Shown here in pieces: positions 11,901-21,189 of a stretch of 32,031 nt of DNA; within the stretch, counting starts at the first letter, position 1, and each line of letters starts with the position of its first letter. A program made the translations under genes and the position numbers. The notes under the pieces are model-generated. The model was given only the letters and a program-made list of their open reading frames with translations. It did no database searches and was not told where the DNA came from. The stretch is from Mitosporidium daphniae. Lineage: Eukaryota. Location of the stretch: NCBI RefSeq assembly GCF_000760515.2, contig NW_013546267.1, forward strand, positions 1 through 32,031, given 5' to 3'.

Positions 11901-13937
11901 TGCATCAGGCTTGTTCCGCATATTTCAAATAACATACGCTCACAGTCTCTTACGCTTTGGAAAGTTCTTGTCGAACATTCGCCTAGAACTATTTTTCAAA
12001 TTTTGGGCGATATTTTCAGATGCTTGGCCAAGGGGCATCTTCTTTTCTTTCCACCAACCGAAAACGTTGAGAAAGAGGACAAGCTTGTTGAGTCCCGTAG
12101 TCAAGAACCAGAATCAAAAGCTATGGCCGAGCTTTTTTCCAAATTTGGCGACAAATTCATTGAGCAAAGGTCGCAAGATGCCCTGGATCGCTGTCTTCAA
12201 GGTACTCCCAACCGTGGTCAAGGTGCCGTTATAGGCATGCTGGTCCTCCATGTGCCCATGCTTTCCCAATCTTTCAATACGACGATTCGCGACTATGCAC
12301 AACGACACAAGAAAGGTGTTCCTGTATCCCAATCTCCTCTCGGGCCGGTGTTGAAAATTTTCAAAAGCTTTGACGATTGTGTTGATTCCTATCTTCCATT
12401 TCTCTCCTCTTTATTACAACTTACGTTGAAAAAGGACGTCATCATATTACTTCGTTGGCTGCTCAATGCTGTTCTTCCTCCGTTTCCTAAGCAAACGAGC
12501 GACCCCATGATGGGGAAAAGCTTGCTGAAAACATCCACTCTTCTGGTACAAGCATTTCATAAACTCCTCCCAGTAAGTACACACGTGGAAATCCTTACCA
12601 CTTTGCTTGATTGGGCGGTTTCCATGACCCAGGAAATTGCTACCGCAGATAACATGATCGTTTTGATTGAAGTTTCATTTGAGCTTTTAGAAATATTCAA
12701 AGTTCCAGAGCCATTTGTGGAGAGCCTTCCATTTGTTTTACTTCTTGCTTCTGCTAATGTTCGCTTGGATGTTGACGATGCTGTTGTTGAGCAGTTTGTA
12801 AGGTCTCTACTTGGTGTTTCTCCGTCAATTCATTTTTCAAAATTACTGGCATCTTGTGGATGTGTTCAATGTGGCTGCAGTACGGCCAGTCACTTCTTAA
12901 ACAAAATTATATTGCATCACAATTGTGAGGAGCTGAGCTCACTGCTGCCGTTAATTTTGCGTGTCTTGGTGCAGGAACCTGATGTCGCTATGACTGTCAT
13001 GCCGGAGTTGTTTGGAAAACTTTTCTCAATCTTCCTTTCGAAGGAAGGATATGCCGTAAATAACAAGGGCGCCTCTTCGCCTTCCTTAACCGCTTCGCTT
13101 CTTCTTTTAACTAAAGAAAACCGCACATATTGTGAGTGCCTCAGTTGTTTCGACGATGATATTTCTACGCTTGAGATTGGCCCCTGCGTTAGAGGCCCGC
13201 CAGCGGCAGCCCGTAGGATTTTGGAGTGCTCCACGCTGATGGGCGAAAACATGGATGTAGAAGCGGCAGATGCTGCCATCAAGATATATGTGGGAGCTCT
13301 TGTTTCACCAGGATCTGGAGAGGATGATAGGCTTTTGTGCGTCAAAGGTCTCCAGCGTTTATTGAATGCTGCTGGCGGCATCGACCGTTTAGCTGCAACT
13401 CCCAATTCAAAGGTGCCAAACTCCGGGGTATCCCACTCATCGCCGCTGCTAAGCATTGCAGGCCCGTTGATCCGCTTGCTTGGGGAGCGCTTGTCGCCTA
13501 TATTAGCCGTTGCGCTTCTTGATCTGCTGGTGGAAGATATTTTGATGGTTCTACCAGTTACCATTCCTGCAATGCGCGTCTTTGGGCCTCAGCTCTTCCG
13601 ATGCCTCTCCAAATGGCTCCTCAACGCCTTGCCTGCTCAATCTCCCCCTGCGCTTTTCAATGAAACGGAGGTCAAAATTGTGCAACTCGCAAGCAAGGGT
13701 CTATTGCTGGCAGCATCCATGGTGCCAATTGCTATGCGAGCACCTCTTTCCACCGAGCTTGCCGGTCGTGGATACGTTCACCATCAAGATCCAAGCACTA
13801 ATTTGAGGAAAATACTTGATGAGCGTCCTAAAAAAAGTGCCGGTTTATATGAAACTGGTGACGCTGATCAAGGCGAGGTTTCCGCAGCCGTAGGTCGCCT
13901 ACTAGCGGCACTCGAAGCGGATGTCGCTAATAAATAA
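5986..13937 (+). CDS. GCN1: GCN1-like giant HEAT-repeat translational activator (2 exons, ~2640 aa)
   Basis: Exon 5986-6266, 32-nt intron 6267-6298, exon 6299-13937. GCN1-like motifs: RSQSLTLWKVLVEHSPRTIFQIL and IAGPLIRLLGER...FGPQL (the C-terminal Gcn2-binding region). Size matches the family; the rest is very divergent. Confidence 0.8.
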
Positions 13938-13961
13938 ATTTAATTTTTCCTCTACAAGCTG

Positions 13962-16203
13962 ATGGCGGAGTCCCTCTCGCCCAGGCCCCTCCGGATGGTT
14001 ATTCGACGGCCAACAACAACCACTACGACAGCGATCCAAGAGGACCGGAAAGTAAAACTAAACCGGAAGTCGGATCATAGAGCCGCTATGGCCTCTACAT
14101 TAGCAATCAACTCGATAGCCGTTGCGGGCTCCAGTATACCTACTTCAAGCCACTACCCAGAGCCCTTGCGATCACCTTTGTCGGCCAATGAGCCTTCGTT
14201 ATTGGCTTTACCATCCGTTTTTAATTCTCTGCACTCGAAATCGGACCTTCTGCACCATCCATCAAAATTGTCCCTTGCGCAAAAACCCAGACGTTCTGCC
14301 CGCATCAAGAATGGACCAAAAACAACGCCTGTCAATACAGACGATTTTTTGGCCTTCCCAACCGTTGAGGTATCAACCGGAGACAAAATAGAAGATCTGG
14401 ATACTGAGGACCAATACAAATCTGCAGAAAGGCAAATCATAGACAAGGTCCAAATTGAGGAGCAAGTGAAGGTAAATATTGAAGCAAAAGCCGATGAAAA
14501 ATTGACTCGCAAGAAAGCTACTTTGAAATTCCGGAAGAAAATCAACTTTAGCAAGGGTACAATGGATCCGATTGATAAATTGTCCGCTACAAGTCTAGTG
14601 ACCGAAATCAAAGCTATAGACATCCCCGATGCTATTTCCTCGGAGAAAACCGAGGAAAAGGTGAATATTCAGAGCATAAAGCACATCATAAAAGCTTGTG
14701 ATGCGGAAGAGGGCCTCTGTTTTACGGATGTTACAAACGGTTTTCCAGACAAGGCTGTGGACCTCCCAATCACAGGGCGGAGAAGAATTCTCCAAAACCC
14801 TGAAGAAGTACCCAATGAAGACTTTTGTTGGAACTGTCGAGGTTCTGGAAAGTTCATCTGTTGCGAGTCATGTCCCCGCTCTTTTCATTTCCTTTGCACG
14901 AACCCACCAATGGAGGAAGAGCTCGCTTCCTCTGCCTCTAAATGGTTTTGTAGACATTGCAATGCACAAAAAAAGATCAAGAAAAAGCAATATGCACGCA
15001 AGGAATCGCGAGGTCGCACACCGGCTAGAAATTTTCTCCAGCTCGTATCATCAATATTAGAGGGCAAGAATCCGTGCGCTTTTTCGCTTTCTAATGAAAT
15101 TCTACATACATTTTCCAGTGGTAAGTTCCAACTAAATACAGCGCTTGTTTCCCGCACTTCAATACCTTCTACTTTTGTTGTGTTTTCATTTCATTTTTGC
15201 GCCACATTCTGTCTCCTTTTAAATTCCAATTTTTAGTGGGCTGCGATGCTTTCGGAAATTATGTCGACCTCGAGGAATATAGAAGCCCGGGGGCACAGAC
15301 CATCAGGTATATGCGATCGTCTTTTACTGTAGATGGAATCCAGAAGACCTATATGGAATACCCCTGATCCCGCAAGCCCTCATCCTTGACTGCATTTCCG
15401 TCGATTCAATGCCTCTAAGAAATCATTTTAAGGAAAAAGGATCTCTGAAAAATGGGGACGAAAATAAAAACCCTCGCATGTCGGTATCAGCAGCGTCTTA
15501 CATGTGTCACGGCTGTGGAGGCTCTGCATTACGGGGGCCTATGATTGAGTGTGATTTTTGTAGCTTCTCCTGGCACCTCGATTGTCTCAATCCACCAATG
15601 GCCATGGTTCCAGCAGCTTCAAAAAAATGGCTTTGCCCGCTGCATATTGCGCACCTTCGGCAAGGATCTCGGCGGCGGAGGCTTCTCACGGCACCAGTGC
15701 CCCGGTTATACAGTAATTCGACGCTTCTGGAACAGATTGATGATATGGACGAGGTCCAAATTGTGCTAGCCCCGGATGATAGCGATGCTTCGCATGTTCG
15801 ATTCAGAACTCGAGCCAGAGGTGCGTCCACAGAATTACCACCACCTTCTACTTCCAGAATCATCCAGCTCGCATTAATGGTCCCAGAGAACTGTATCAAG
15901 CTTGCCTTCATGGATGCCGTCAATGGGGCGCGACGGCTGGAGCGTCTCCTACAGCTTGAAAATCAATGGGACTGTAAATATCAATGGAACGATGGAAACT
16001 ACAAATATCGTTGGGATGATAAAAGTTGGGATACTCATTTGGATCATAGCGACATCTCTGATATTCGGAACCATCGAGGTGACGAAAAGCTTTTTCCAAG
16101 TACACCAAATCATCACGCTGGTAGGGACAGTAATTCAGATGAGGAGCCTCTTGGTATTCTTCTTGGAGCCATTGAGGCCGTAACCGCTCATGTACATGAA
16201 TAA
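13962..16203 (+). CDS. RCO1: Rco1/Cph1/PHF12-like double PHD-finger subunit of an Rpd3S-type HDAC complex (3 exons)
   Basis: PHD1 NEDFCWNC..GKFICCESCPRSFHFLC..PP..WFCRHC. Linker NPCAFSLS..F..V....GNYVD is restored by intron 15121-15236 (116 nt). Second intron 15307-15332 (26 nt). PHD2 C.GC..MIECDFC..SWHLDCLNPP..KWLCPLH. Confidence 0.88.
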
Positions 16204-16362
16204 ACAGAGGTTGAAGACATCCATGAAAGGCCGGGGTTCTTCTCTTGCAGCTTTGCACAGCTTGGATGTATGGAATGAATGTGTCTCAATTTACAAATGC
16301 TTTTCAGTTGTACACGTACAATGGGAATTAGATTTATTGGTTGCGATTTCCCGGCATGCTTA

Positions 16363-16924
16363 CTAGTTTTCATCTTCAGAGGAGAGTATCTCGGAGATGC
16401 GAGCACCGTGGCGGTCACCGGCCGCCATATGTCTCTTCAACCCCATACTCCGGTGCATTTTCATATAGTCAAATGAAAAGGCACTCAGCTGTTTACTCTT
16501 TTCTGAAAGTAACTCCGTACCATAATGGAGTTTTTGGTCGATCTTTCGTTCGTGCTGAAGGAAGAACGGGTTCAGCATGGTGTCGTAAATGGCCTGAGCA
16601 CCGCCGGTTTGCGGTGACACAAGCCAAATCAATGTTGAAATTTTGATAAATTCATAAAAAGGGAACCTAGCCATTATGATGGGATGAAAACCTATCCGCA
16701 AATTAAAGGTTTCAACTTACCATGAAAACAAGGCATCAGTTACAAATGAGACGCTACAAAAGGCACCAAAGACGGACCAGTATTTGAGTGTGTTCATAAA
16801 CTGATCTCGCCTGCCGCTTTTCAATGCCTTGAAAGAGCAGTATGAGGGGTATAGACAGCCGATTGCGACCCTATGATAATGAGGCAACCACATACCAGAC
16901 GAGACGTGAGATGGAGATTTCCAT
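16363..16924 (-). CDS. REEP1-4/HVA22-type ER-shaping protein (TB2/DP1 family), 3 exons
   Basis: Exons 16896-16924, 16721-16870, 16363-16666 (introns 25 and 54 nt) give MEISISRLVWVAIGCLYPSYCSFKALKS...KYWSVFG...FSWFPFYEFIKI...WLVSPQTGGAQAIY..NPFF..HERKID. The short N-terminus is typical of the REEP1-4 subfamily. Confidence 0.9.
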
Positions 16925-16968
16925 GGAATTTAATTTTAAATTTCGGCCTTATTTTTAATTACTTGAAG

Positions 16969-17192
16969 GTAACTGCTTCGTCCCTCTCTGATTGCTAATT
17001 ACATCCGTTGGCTCTCACATCCGTACAAAGATTGTGGTGTGTAAAACTATAACACATTTATATGGTTTGCTTGTATCTGCTGTGCATGCGTCTCGAACTT
17101 ATCGGGCGGGCAGATGTGCAACGCCGGACCCTTTTACTGCATTATACTTTTGACATTGTCCATTCTCCCTCATAAGCCCATCTTATATTTAG
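16969..17192 (+). other. Probable 224-nt 5'-UTR intron of RPP2
   Basis: AAG|GTAACT donor just downstream of the AT-rich promoter tract shared with the divergent REEP gene. TTTAG|ATG acceptor abuts the start codon. Interior is AG-poor. Confidence 0.6.
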
Positions 17193-17519
17193 ATGCAATA
17201 CGTTGCCGCCTACATGCTTTCCATCATGGGAGGAAACAGCTCACCCTCCAACACGGATATCACCAAAATTCTCTCCTCTGTCGGTATTGATGCAGACTCG
17301 GCTCGAATTGAAAACCTGCTGAGCTCCATTGGCAACAAGGACGTCTTTGAACTCATCGAGGCTGGCCGTGCTAAGCTCGCTAGCGTTCCATGCGGAGGAG
17401 CCCCCGCTGTTTCCTCAGCAGGATCTGCCGCACCAGCCTCCAAGAAAGAGGAGGAGAAAAAGAAAGAAGAAAAAGAGGACTCAGAGGAAGAGGAGCCCTC
17501 TTTTGATCTCTTTGGTTAA
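17193..17519 (+). CDS. RPP2: 60S acidic ribosomal protein P2
   Basis: MQYVAAY...PS..DI.KILSSVGID, LI..G..KLASVP.GG, Ala-rich hinge, acidic tail ending FDLFG. Confidence 0.97.
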   Translation: MQYVAAYMLSIMGGNSSPSNTDITKILSSVGIDADSARIENLLSSIGNKDVFELIEAGRAKLASVPCGGAPAVSSAGSAAPASKKEEEKKKEEKEDSEEEEPSFDLFG

Positions 17520-17789
17520 TCCATTAAAGATCTAATTAAGCGCGACAAAAATACAAATAGTCTCCAGTATCTGCTTATTTTGAGCTTATGAACATTCAAT
17601 TTACTTTAGGCTGCTCAAATAGCGTTAAATCTGTCCATTTCAAGTATAAACCTCCAGCCTGGTATCGCAACTTGGTTGCTGACAGGTGTAAATGGCATCA
17701 TTAAATGTGGGGCAGATTTGAAATTCCAATTTCGCTATTAAATTTAACGAGCACTCGCAACTGCAATTTAGGGTCTTTATTTGGCTGCT

Positions 17790-18197
17790 ATGCTTTCAGA
17801 TGTGGCAGAGTTTGCAAAGGGAGAGCTTTTTCTGGCGTTCATCCAAATCTTGTCTTTTCCTGCTGTAGCATTTTCCGTTGCAGCATATGAACATATACAT
17901 GAGCGATACCCTCTAGTATTGTTATGTGTAATAACTAGCTCGTATCTCCTCCTTGCAGGGTTTTTTCTCATGGTGTACCAACTGAAAAGCGGTGCTCTGT
18001 ACTTGCATGTGGGCGAAATTTTCATATTTTATGTTTTTCAGAATCCGGTCTATCTTCATGTGTGCACATTAGCATGGGCAACCGGCCTCTCGATTGTTTA
18101 TTTTATTTTGGTGAAGCTGTTTTCGATCTTGTGCCAATCGCCACTGTTGCAGGGATTTTTGAAAAGCTGGAATCTAGACCGTTTTATTTTAAATTAA
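17790..18197 (+). CDS. Hypothetical small multi-pass membrane protein
   Basis: 135-codon ORF with about 3 hydrophobic segments, preceded by an AAATTTAA tract. Possible in-frame 33-nt intron 18009-18041 (gtgggc...tttttcag). No family recognised. Confidence 0.6.
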   Translation: MLSDVAEFAKGELFLAFIQILSFPAVAFSVAAYEHIHERYPLVLLCVITSSYLLLAGFFLMVYQLKSGALYLHVGEIFIFYVFQNPVYLHVCTLAWATGLSIVYFILVKLFSILCQSPLLQGFLKSWNLDRFILN

Positions 18198-18218
18198 GAA
18201 AATAGTTTAAACTTTTCA

Positions 18219-19051
18219 ATGGTAGCAGGAAGCCGTCTGATTATCGGGCTTGTACTTGTGTTGTGTAAGATTTTCCGGCCTTGGATAAAGGTTCCAAAAA
18301 GTACGGGAAAGACCATACTATTGAGGCATATAAGAGGCGAAAGCAACCTTCCCATAATTTCTTTCTCAAACCATCAATCCATGATTGACGATCCGTTCAT
18401 GTGGGCATGGCTTCCGCTCGTCCCGCTTGTCGTGCACCCTGAACGGACAAGGTGGAGTTTAGGTGCGCAGGATTTGCTGTTTCGCAATGCCATTTCGCGC
18501 TGGTTCTTTTCTGCAGGGCAAGTGGTCCCTGTTTTTAGAGCGCCAGGAAGCTTCCCAACTATAGCTGTGAAGACCGCTATGCAAAGACTCGCCGAGAACT
18601 GCTGGATACATCTTTTTAGCGAAGGACATATCTATCAGAACCACAATGATGCCCCTGTTCTCCCATTGAAACCAGGTAAGTCTTTTTTCGCGCCAGCCTC
18701 CAGTTCGCCCCTCGCCGATTTATTGACTTTTTGTTCGATTTTCACCTTATCGTGCTAGGGGCTGCATTTCTGATAGCTAAGCATTACGAATCGACAGGAA
18801 ACGCTCCTATAGTGATCCCAATGCTTCTCTGCGCGTTTCAACAATTCTTACCAGCACACAAAATTATACCACGGTTTCTCTCTGCAAGGACAAAACTAAT
18901 TATTTCATCCCCTGCAAACTCGGGAATCACAGCCACCTTTCTACGCTCGCTGGACAGGCTCAATCAAAGAGAGCGCATTGCCAGAATATCTTGCGAACTG
19001 GACCGGTCGGTTGCACGCATTTATGCTAGAGCTATGTGTGAGACATATTGA
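18219..19051 (+). CDS. TAZ1: Tafazzin (cardiolipin transacylase), 2 exons
   Basis: SNHQSMIDDP (HX4D), RWSLGA.D..F, FFSAGQVVPV.R, WIHLFSEG.IYQ. The 83-nt intron 18676-18758 joins LPLKPG to AAFLIA...PIVIPM. Confidence 0.92.
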
Positions 19052-19944
19052 TATACAAATGGGTCTCAATTGATTTTTGAGCTTTTAGACGTGATACTCA
19101 TGATTTTGGTCTTATTTTTTCGCCAGGTTCGATCCCTGCTGGTGAAATTCCAGCGGCACTAATAAAGATTTCAGATAGGCCACTATTATTTTCCCGAATG
19201 AATCTCTATTCATATTTATTCGAGCTCACAGCATCAAAATAACCACCTTTAAGACCAGCAGTTGAGCTATCAACTAAAAAACTGGTATTTTTGTCGTTCC
19301 AGCTTCGTTTTGAGAGCCGTATTTGGGTTTCAAACACAAGAGGCAGTTATATCACATACGTTAGTCTCAAATTTGAGGTCAGATTTTCTAAGAAATATCT
19401 TGTACCGTTTCCTTGATCGGAACCATTATGGAGTTCATCCTCGAGCTTCAAAAAAACACTATTTTCAAAGCACCGAAATGAAGTTTGCACCCCAATAAGA
19501 TCTTCAAGGATGGTCTTTCGATCAACGCAAGTTAGTTTGACAAAGCATCACCCCATTTATGTTGAACAATGCTGCCCCGTTGGAGCATTTTTCGTTTCTA
19601 GGGAGGCTTTAAGCAAATCCAAGTGCGGGCTTTTTGATTCGCGTTATGATGTCCTTGTTTGCTGATCTAGCCACCTCACTTTAATCCGCCTAAATGGAGC
19701 CAGTATGTATTTCCAAATACGAACCTAAGGCTTTTAAAATGGCGTCTAACTGATCGTTTTGATCTTATTCCTGGTAGCCCTCAAAAGTCCAACGTGGGTT
19801 TTGCATTAGTCGATAGAGACTGTGCTCTCACTACTTTCCCGATTTCACCAATCTGGGCACCCCTGGTTCAATACAAGTAAGTGTGCTACGTATCCCATCA
19901 TATCACATTTGCATCCAAAAGAGCTATTTTATTGCCTATAGCGC

Positions 19945-20883
19945 TTATGGCTCAGAATGCGAGGAGGAAGCGACAAATGGCAGAATTGCCGTCGTACTTG
20001 ACGTCTGCACTGAGGAGAGGGAGGACGAACCCGATTGGCTAAATTGGGTAGATGTGTTTGGGGTTGAGCCAGAGCATGTGGTAGTATACGGTGTGGAGAT
20101 TGAGCCAGAGCATGTGGAGGTAGAAGGTGTTGGGGTCGAGCCAGAGCACGTGGAAGTAGAAGGTGTTGGGGTCGAGGTTGCGTTTGGTTCCTTCCGAAAA
20201 TAAGTGCATTTGACGATGCGCGTAGCTATAACAGGAAGCTCAACTGGGTTGCTGCACATGGTTATCAGACCATCAAGAAGCAGAATTGGCGGCTTAACAG
20301 TAGAAACCGAAATCATGCGCTGTGGAGGTGGAGCAATGCAACTAGCGGCGGCAGCCTGAGAGGGCAGAGAGGCTGATCGATTCCTTCCCACAGTGCACAC
20401 ATAACCCACTTTGCAGTAGGACAGAATTCCAGAAGGGCAGTCAACAATCGTTCCAGACCAGCAGCTAGTCGCGTTTGGCGCAAAATAACAGTAAGAGCCT
20501 GCGGATCTGCCTTTACAAAAGGCTGAAACCCGAAAAATATCCTCTGGGCGTGTGGGAAGGAACATAAGCGATGCATTTGGAAAATGGCTATATGCTGGTT
20601 GCCTTTGAGCTATTAGATCTGGAAGGACATTGGATAAGTTTGGCATAAATGACGTATATTCAAAGGCGTAAGACGATGTCGGGCTAACCAACGCCGATGA
20701 ATTCGAAGCAATGGACTCTGTTGCTTTTGGAGCCGTATATTCTTTCTGATATGAACCGGAAGTGGAAGATAAATATAGACTCTGCGACGCAGTTTGAATC
20801 AAGGGCACGGAAATAAGAAAGATAAAAAAGGAACATAAAATACAAGACATCGTGAGGCCAAGCAGCACACGTGTTGAGGCCAT
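19945..20883 (-). CDS. Putative secreted or signal-anchored Cys-rich, Ser/Thr-rich protein with 12-aa repeats
   Basis: First ATG 20883. N-terminal hydrophobic segment (VLLGLTMSCILCSFFIFLISVPLI), Cys-rich module FCKG...YC...C...CPSG...C..G..C, then (TPTPSTSTCSGS)-type repeats and an S/T tail. Confidence 0.8.
   Translation of the reverse strand: MASTRVLLGLTMSCILCSFFIFLISVPLIQTASQSLYLSSTSGSYQKEYTAPKATESIASNSSALVSPTSSYAFEYTSFMPNLSNVLPDLIAQRQPAYSHFPNASLMFLPTRPEDIFRVSAFCKGRSAGSYCYFAPNATSCWSGTIVDCPSGILSYCKVGYVCTVGRNRSASLPSQAAAASCIAPPPQRMISVSTVKPPILLLDGLITMCSNPVELPVIATRIVKCTYFRKEPNATSTPTPSTSTCSGSTPTPSTSTCSGSISTPYTTTCSGSTPNTSTQFSQSGSSSLSSVQTSSTTAILPFVASSSHSEP
20048..20177. repeat. 36-bp coding tandem repeat, ~3.5 copies
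   Basis: gagccagagcaYgtgg recurs at 20066, 20102, 20138 and gag at 20174 (36-bp period). Encodes TPTPSTSTCSGS variants on the minus strand. Confidence 0.92.
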
Positions 20884-21189
20884 CGAAATATACCACACAA
20901 CAATGGCGGAGTGATTACAAATTTATGTGGATCGTGCTAAAGGGGCGATAAATAGGGGCATCGGGATGCTCATCAGGCTTTCGTATTATATCTGTACAAA
21001 AGGCTAAATTCAAGATAAAAAGGAAAAGCATGCTCTCAAATGCAAGTTGAGGCCATCAAATTCATGATGCACAATTCAATTTACAGCGGTGCAATAGCAA
21101 ATTTGGCGTGGAACATTGTATTTTTACAAATTAAAATATAAACATGCAATCGATTTGCACATTTTAAAATAGGACTGCTCTCTGCCCTC

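Noticed and set aside
15118..15236. Stwintron reading of the RCO1 intron (21-nt gtaagt...cag nested in a GTG|CGC donor)
   Set aside because: It would delete one codon and break the F-x2-V-x5-G-x-Y spacing that the simple 116-nt intron preserves.
17125..17142. cccttttac resembling U5 snRNA loop I
   Set aside because: Not an exact GCCTTTTAC, and no closing stem or Sm site was found.
18675..18758. Nested or stwintron reading of the tafazzin intron via internal CAGs
   Set aside because: The resulting junctions are out of frame; simple 83-nt removal fits the family.
19121..19164. GGTTCGATCCC B-box/T-arm-like motif and adjacent hairpin gctgg-tgaaatt-ccagc (possible tRNA)
   Set aside because: No acceptor stem, D arm, A box or canonical anticodon loop can be built on either strand. 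At most an isolated B-box match.
20048..20177. CRISPR-like 36-bp repeats
   Set aside because: Head-to-tail repeats with no unique spacers, in frame inside a eukaryotic CDS, and no cas genes.
19883..20203. Plus-strand ORF with VEPEHVEVEGVG repeats
   Set aside because: Antisense shadow of the 36-bp coding repeat of the minus-strand secreted protein; non-ATG start.
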